The notes beneath the pieces are model-generated. The model was not told where the DNA came from, ran no database searches, and was given only the letters and a program-made list of their open reading frames with translations. Of a stretch of 64,000 nucleotides of DNA, positions 59,559 to 64,000 are shown piece after piece (the stretch's first letter is position 1; every line of letters begins with the position of its first letter). Source of the DNA: Candidatus Alloscybalousia intestinigallinarum (GTDB lineage: Bacteria > Bacillota_I > Bacilli_A > RF39 > UBA660). A program made the translations under genes and the position numbers. The stretch lies in the NCBI GenBank assembly GCA_018716115.1, contig DVKF01000005.1, positions 397 to 64,396 of the forward strand, read 5' to 3'.

Positions 59559-59854
59559 TTAAAATTTCCAATGTTCTATCTTTGTCTTATTTCCATTCTT
59601 ATCTTTTATTGTTGTATCGCTAATCGCTTCCCAATCAAAAGGAGTTGATTCTGCCACTTTATTTCCATTTTCATCTCTATAAGTTGTTTCTTGATATTTA
59701 CCAAAGTTCCATGTCGTAGCACTTATTTATTTGCGCTGAATACCTTGAAGATGGAACATAACCTATTGTTCCATAACCATCCCACTCATTTATTCTAGGT
59801 ATAATAATAAGATCAATAAAAAGGCAACAAACAAGAAATAATACCTTCATCATT
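59559..59854 (-). pseudogene. Frameshifted gene for a small secreted protein.
   Basis: The reverse strand reads MMKVLFLVCCLF..., a signal-peptide-like start, then stops after 51 codons. The +1 frame continues ...TTWNFGKYQETTYRDENGNKV...IEHWKF. The shift occurs near the AAATAAATAAG run. Confidence 0.3.
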
Positions 59855-60465
59855 ATTAAATTTAACTACTAAAAAAGCCAATGTAAAAAGGGCAATATGA
59901 TACAATTGCCGAAATTACTCGATTACTTTGCTAACACTTTCACACTACAAATTCCTTACTTTTAGAATTTTTCTGTTACAACCTCTGATAAATGCTTATA
60001 TAACTTCTTGAATATATTTTAGTCTACTCTACATTTACAAAAACTCATAGAATATATCAATAGCCTTAACTTTTCTGAATACCTTATTTCGAATTTTTAA
60101 CCCCCAAATTATGGGTTAATCCATAACTTCAAATCTCATCTCACAGTAAATGACTGATAATTTCACTTATCGTTAGCCGTATTTTTACTAGCACCAATTA
60201 TCTAATTCATAAATAACATCTTAAAATTCCTACATGATTGCAATCTTCTTTTTTACAATAAAATATATTGTTTATATGATTTAAAAGTCTAAAATATTAT
60301 CACTAACCAAAATGGTAAAGTCTTAGTATTTCACCATACAAAGAATTTATAGATGATTTCGAATCTAGATTATATTGGAAAATATCCGATAATACCAATT
60401 CCAAAAAAGAAAAATTTTCCACTTAGCTAACTTTATCTATTAAAAAGGGAATAATTAAAGATTTT

Positions 60466-62952
60466 TTATTGATTTTTTTTCTTTCTTTTATTTATCCATT
60501 TAACAAGATCAAAAGGTAATACGGCGATTAATACCAAAAAGAGAATGATTCCCCACCACATTAAGGTTAAAGGTGTAGTATTAGCAATATTATTAAAGAA
60601 TGGAGTATAAACTAATAATATTAACCCGATAATAACACCAAGATTAACAATCAAAGATACCTTATCCTTGAAACTCTTCACAAAAGCTTTTATTGTAAAT
60701 TCAGTACTTCTTAACTGATAAGTAATAAGCATAATCGACAATACTAAAACTGAATAAGATACAGTAACAGACAAACTAATATTAAAATGATTATATATTA
60801 AAACAAAATAGGTAATAAAAACTACTAAAAAAATGAATAATCCTTGTAAAATACTACTAACCGCTGTTTTTAAAGTTAATATCGATTCTTTTATTTCTCT
60901 AGGCTTTTCATGCATAATATCTTTAGAAGCTTTTATTCTTTGAAAAACAATGGATGAAGTTGGATCAATTAATAACTCAAGTAGCATCACGTGTATAGGC
61001 AACAGCAAAGTCGGAAGTTTAAACAATGGTACAAACAAAGATAGTAATGCGATAGGAATATGAATAGCTATAATATATGATATGGCTTTTCTAATATTAT
61101 TATATATATTTCTTCCATTTTCAATTGCTTTAACAATAGTATTAAAATTATCATCTAACAAAATTAAATCCGCAGACTCTTTGGCTACATTTGTCCCTCT
61201 TTCTCCCATTGCAATTCCAACATTAGCTTTTTTTAAAGCTGGAGCATCATTGACTCCATCCCCTGTCATAGCAACAATTTTATTGGCTTTTTGTAAAGCA
61301 GTTACTATTCTCATTTTATGATTTGGATACACTCTAGCAAAAATATTTACAGTTTTTACTTTTTCAAACAAATCCTCATCTGACATTTCTTCTAATTCAT
61401 TTCCTGTAATAACATTCTCATAATTTACGAGATTTATCTTTTTAGCAATTGCTTTTGCAGTATCTCCATTATCACCAGTTATCATAATTACTCTAACTCC
61501 CGCCGAATAACAATCCCTTAACGACGACTTAACGCCAAAACGAGGGGGATCATATAATGCGATTAACCCTTCAAAAGTTAGATTTGACTCGAATAAATCT
61601 TTCGGAACATCAGTAATATGATCTTGTTTCGCTACTGCTAAGACACGAAAACCATTATTAGAATATTCATCAATTTTTTCTTTTATTTTTTTATAAATTG
61701 TCGTATCTAAATGACATAAAGGCAAAACATTTTCATATGCCCCTTTTACACACAATAGTTGATTATCCCATATTTGTCCTGTCATTTTTGCTTCCGGAGT
61801 AAATGCATATTCTTTAGTAATTTCAAAATAATGCTTAAGATTATTTTTAGATTCGCAATATTCTTTTATAGCAATCTCCATTGGATCATATGCCACAACG
61901 GGACAAGATAAATATGAAGTTTCTAAAAAAGTAGCACCATACTCATATACATCTTGAACCTCCATTTTATTTTCAGTTAATGTTCCCGTCTTATCTGTAC
62001 ATAAAACATTTACAGATCCTAAAGTTTCTATTGCTTTCATATTTCTAGTTAGAATTTTTTTCTTTGTTAAATTCCAAGCTCCCATAGCCAAAAAGACTGT
62101 TAGAACTACTGGTATCTCTTCCGGAATAGTAGCCATTGCTATAGTAACACCTGATAAAATAGATTCGATAATTCTTTCAGAAAAGATCAATTCAGAATGA
62201 CTAATGTAATTGATTAACACTGTCATAAGAAATACAATACCACTAATAATAGTACAGATAAACACTAACTGATTTATTTGATTCCCGAGTGGAGTTTTTT
62301 CTAAAACTATATTATTAATTGATTCCCCGATGCGACCAAACTCAGTATTTTTTCCAATCGATACTATCTCGATAATTCCTAAACCATTTGTTACATTGGT
62401 ACCAGAATAACACATATTTAATTTGAAATGATTTTTTTCGTCTTCTTCACATTTCTTATAAACAATTTGTGATTCTCCGGTCAAAGAAGATTCATTAACG
62501 CCTAAGCTTTGCACATACAAGATTTTACCATCAGCTGGCACACTATCTCCCTCTTCAAGTATTACGACATCCCCTACAACAACCTCTTCACTCGAAATAA
62601 TCTCTTCTTTTCCATCTCTGATTACTTTAACATTTAAAGAGGATAATTTATTTAATTCTTCAAGTGCTTTATCAGTTTTTGCTTCCTGTATAAATTCTAT
62701 AAAACAAATTACAAATACAAATACTAACATAATAATTCCGTCATTATATTCACCGACGATAAAATAAATACTTGCAGCAATAATCAAAAGAAGAAACATC
62801 GGTTCTTTAAAGATACTAAGTATTTTTAAAATTAAAGGTTGTTTCTTTTTTTCAACCAACCGATTTATACCGTACCGTTCCCTAGAATTAATCACTTCGA
62901 CAGCCGATAATCCAGTAATATTTTTTAAAAAATTCTTTTCATTCTTTTCCAT
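60466..62952 (-). CDS. P-type cation-transporting ATPase (P2-type). Ca2+ or Mn2+ export is the likely function.
   Basis: Motifs read are CTDKTGTLTENKM, MITGDNGDTA and VAMTGDGVNDAPALKKANVGIAMG. The protein is 828 aa with about 10 TM helices. Confidence 0.85.
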   Translation of the reverse strand: MEKNEKNFLKNITGLSAVEVINSRERYGINRLVEKKKQPLILKILSIFKEPMFLLLIIAASIYFIVGEYNDGIIMLVFVFVICFIEFIQEAKTDKALEELNKLSSLNVKVIRDGKEEIISSEEVVVGDVVILEEGDSVPADGKILYVQSLGVNESSLTGESQIVYKKCEEDEKNHFKLNMCYSGTNVTNGLGIIEIVSIGKNTEFGRIGESINNIVLEKTPLGNQINQLVFICTIISGIVFLMTVLINYISHSELIFSERIIESILSGVTIAMATIPEEIPVVLTVFLAMGAWNLTKKKILTRNMKAIETLGSVNVLCTDKTGTLTENKMEVQDVYEYGATFLETSYLSCPVVAYDPMEIAIKEYCESKNNLKHYFEITKEYAFTPEAKMTGQIWDNQLLCVKGAYENVLPLCHLDTTIYKKIKEKIDEYSNNGFRVLAVAKQDHITDVPKDLFESNLTFEGLIALYDPPRFGVKSSLRDCYSAGVRVIMITGDNGDTAKAIAKKINLVNYENVITGNELEEMSDEDLFEKVKTVNIFARVYPNHKMRIVTALQKANKIVAMTGDGVNDAPALKKANVGIAMGERGTNVAKESADLILLDDNFNTIVKAIENGRNIYNNIRKAISYIIAIHIPIALLSLFVPLFKLPTLLLPIHVMLLELLIDPTSSIVFQRIKASKDIMHEKPREIKESILTLKTAVSSILQGLFIFLVVFITYFVLIYNHFNISLSVTVSYSVLVLSIMLITYQLRSTEFTIKAFVKSFKDKVSLIVNLGVIIGLILLVYTPFFNNIANTTPLTLMWWGIILFLVLIAVLPFDLVKWINKRKKKNQ

Positions 62953-63200
62953 AAGTACCTCCTACAATTTAGATAACTCCATATCACCAAATTTGTAGGG
63001 TGCCTCTTAAAAATATAAAAACACCCCGAATCAGTATATTAGCAACTACTGTCCCGTGGGTGTAATATTCCACTGTCACGTAAGTGACCCGACCCCATGA
63101 CAAATATCACGGCCTGTTCAGTTTGTACTGTAGTATTATATGCAGTGCAAAGAGTTATTGCAATAATATCATATGCATCACGCTTTGTCAATGATTCCTA
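62953..63200 (-). promoter_or_regulatory. Promoter (TTGACA, 17 nt spacer, TATTAT) plus a ~200-nt GC-rich structured 5' leader. The leader has a terminator-like hairpin with a U-tract before the ATPase RBS. It may be a riboswitch or attenuator.
   Basis: Hexamers were read on the minus strand. The leader contains GTCACTTACGTGAC and CACCC...GGGGTG-TTTTTATATTTTT hairpins and is unusually GC-rich for this genome. Confidence 0.3.
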
Positions 63201-64000
63201 AAAGGGAAAAACTTTAAAAAAATTTACCAAATATGAAGACTGATTTAAAAGAAAGTACTATTTCTGGACTGTATAAAAAATTCGTAGTATTTCTCCACTT
63301 TTTCAAACGGCAAGTTTGTTTAGTAACTATTTATCTAAAAAAATTTTTCTTTTCTTTATTGTTACATAGAATTTTAAATCATTTGTCATTCTCTTATACT
63401 CCTTGTAAAACACAAGCATGCGGGAACATTTTTATAAAGTTTAAAGTTGGTTCTTCATAAATTCTACTTTCTTTAAATATTTCTTCAAATTCTGAGAAAC
63501 AAATAGTAATTAATCTTTTATAGCTATTCTTACAACTGATATTTAATTGAGTGAAATAAAAATATATCCCTGTCATAGCTTTTAAATTTACGTACAAATC
63601 TTTCTTTGATAAATCATGGTATTTCACTTCTCAACTGGTAAGTGATAAATTCCTGTTAACTCCAGAAATATTGTTAAATCATCTAATTTAAAATTATTGA
63701 TTTGGTTTTTTATATCGTCAAAATCTTTTAATTATATTTAACCCCTTTTGGTTCGATTAATACTTCACCATACTCTGTAGATAACATTATTTTAGAAACA
63801 TCTACACTTAATACTAAGCTCATTACTTAGCCATTTCTGAATTTAAGACTTCTGTTTACAATATTATTTCATCAAGTTTGTTATATAGATTCCATCTTAA
63901 ATTAATTTAATAATAGAAATAAAAACTGAACTGTCAATTTGTTAGATCTAAGAGTTCTGTAATTTGCCGTTCTTACTTAAATTCTTAGTAAATTAATTTA

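Noticed and set aside
61082-61321. A 79-aa plus-strand ORF.
   Set aside because: It is antisense within the P-type ATPase gene.
63233-63627. Overlapping small ORFs of 75 and 77 aa on opposite strands at the right edge.
   Set aside because: They have no RBS, no motifs and low-complexity translations. The region is more likely intergenic.
1-64000. CRISPR arrays, rRNA genes, integrases, transposases and IS elements.
   Set aside because: I saw no spaced direct-repeat arrays, no rRNA-like GC-rich blocks, and no tyrosine or serine recombinase or DDE transposase motifs. The island next to tRNA-His lacks a recognisable integrase within the window.

Overview
This 64 kb window comes from a low-GC, AT-rich Firmicutes chromosome. 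CotJA/B, CotJC and a YjcZ-like tiny sporulation protein point to an endospore former. Coding is dense and mostly on the minus strand.

- **1-7043, type VIIb secretion (T7SSb):** the 5' ~4 kb of an EssC (FtsK/SpoIIIE) ATPase gene, with its FHA N-terminus, a YukC/EssB-like region and at least two P-loop domains; the 3' end is cut by the window edge. Upstream sits a separate, promoter-driven effector operon. It encodes a WXG100-like domain fused to a SleB-type cell-wall hydrolase, a canonical WXG100 protein and an LXG-like protein.
- **9083-21681, mostly housekeeping:** gpsA, a YnbB-like PLP enzyme, three SDR oxidoreductases and two divergent HelD/UvrD-like helicase paralogues.
- **21839-27015, defence triad:** a DEXH helicase, a P-loop ATPase and a large TerB-type protein. 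The architecture matches the described Shango system.
- **27.8-30.4 kb:** an orphan sigma-70 family factor, a small protein and a TPR protein.
- **30709-38867, AT-rich island:** a very AT-rich island lies directly 3' of a tRNA-His(GUG) gene at 39056-39132. It carries a tightly overlapping operon of seven genes. These are a Fic protein with a degenerate motif, a Dam-class N6-adenine methyltransferase, a small protein, an 835-aa protein with a sigma-70 region-4-like HTH, a 633-aa GHKL/MORC-like ATPase and two unknown proteins. I regard this as the best candidate for an undescribed, R-M-like or abortive-infection defence system.
- **Further right:** cotJ genes; a ClpA-D1-only AAA+ protein with a ~600-aa disordered N-terminus; a MerR regulator; an HxlR-macrodomain-SirTM-like sirtuin operon; a TetR regulator diverging from a membrane-protein operon; a SUFU-like protein of the immunity family; a vWA protein paired with a zinc-ribbon membrane protein; RarA; a frameshifted small secreted-protein gene; and a P-type cation ATPase preceded by a GC-rich structured leader that ends in a terminator-like hairpin.

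No CRISPR array, rRNA, integrase or transposase was seen.
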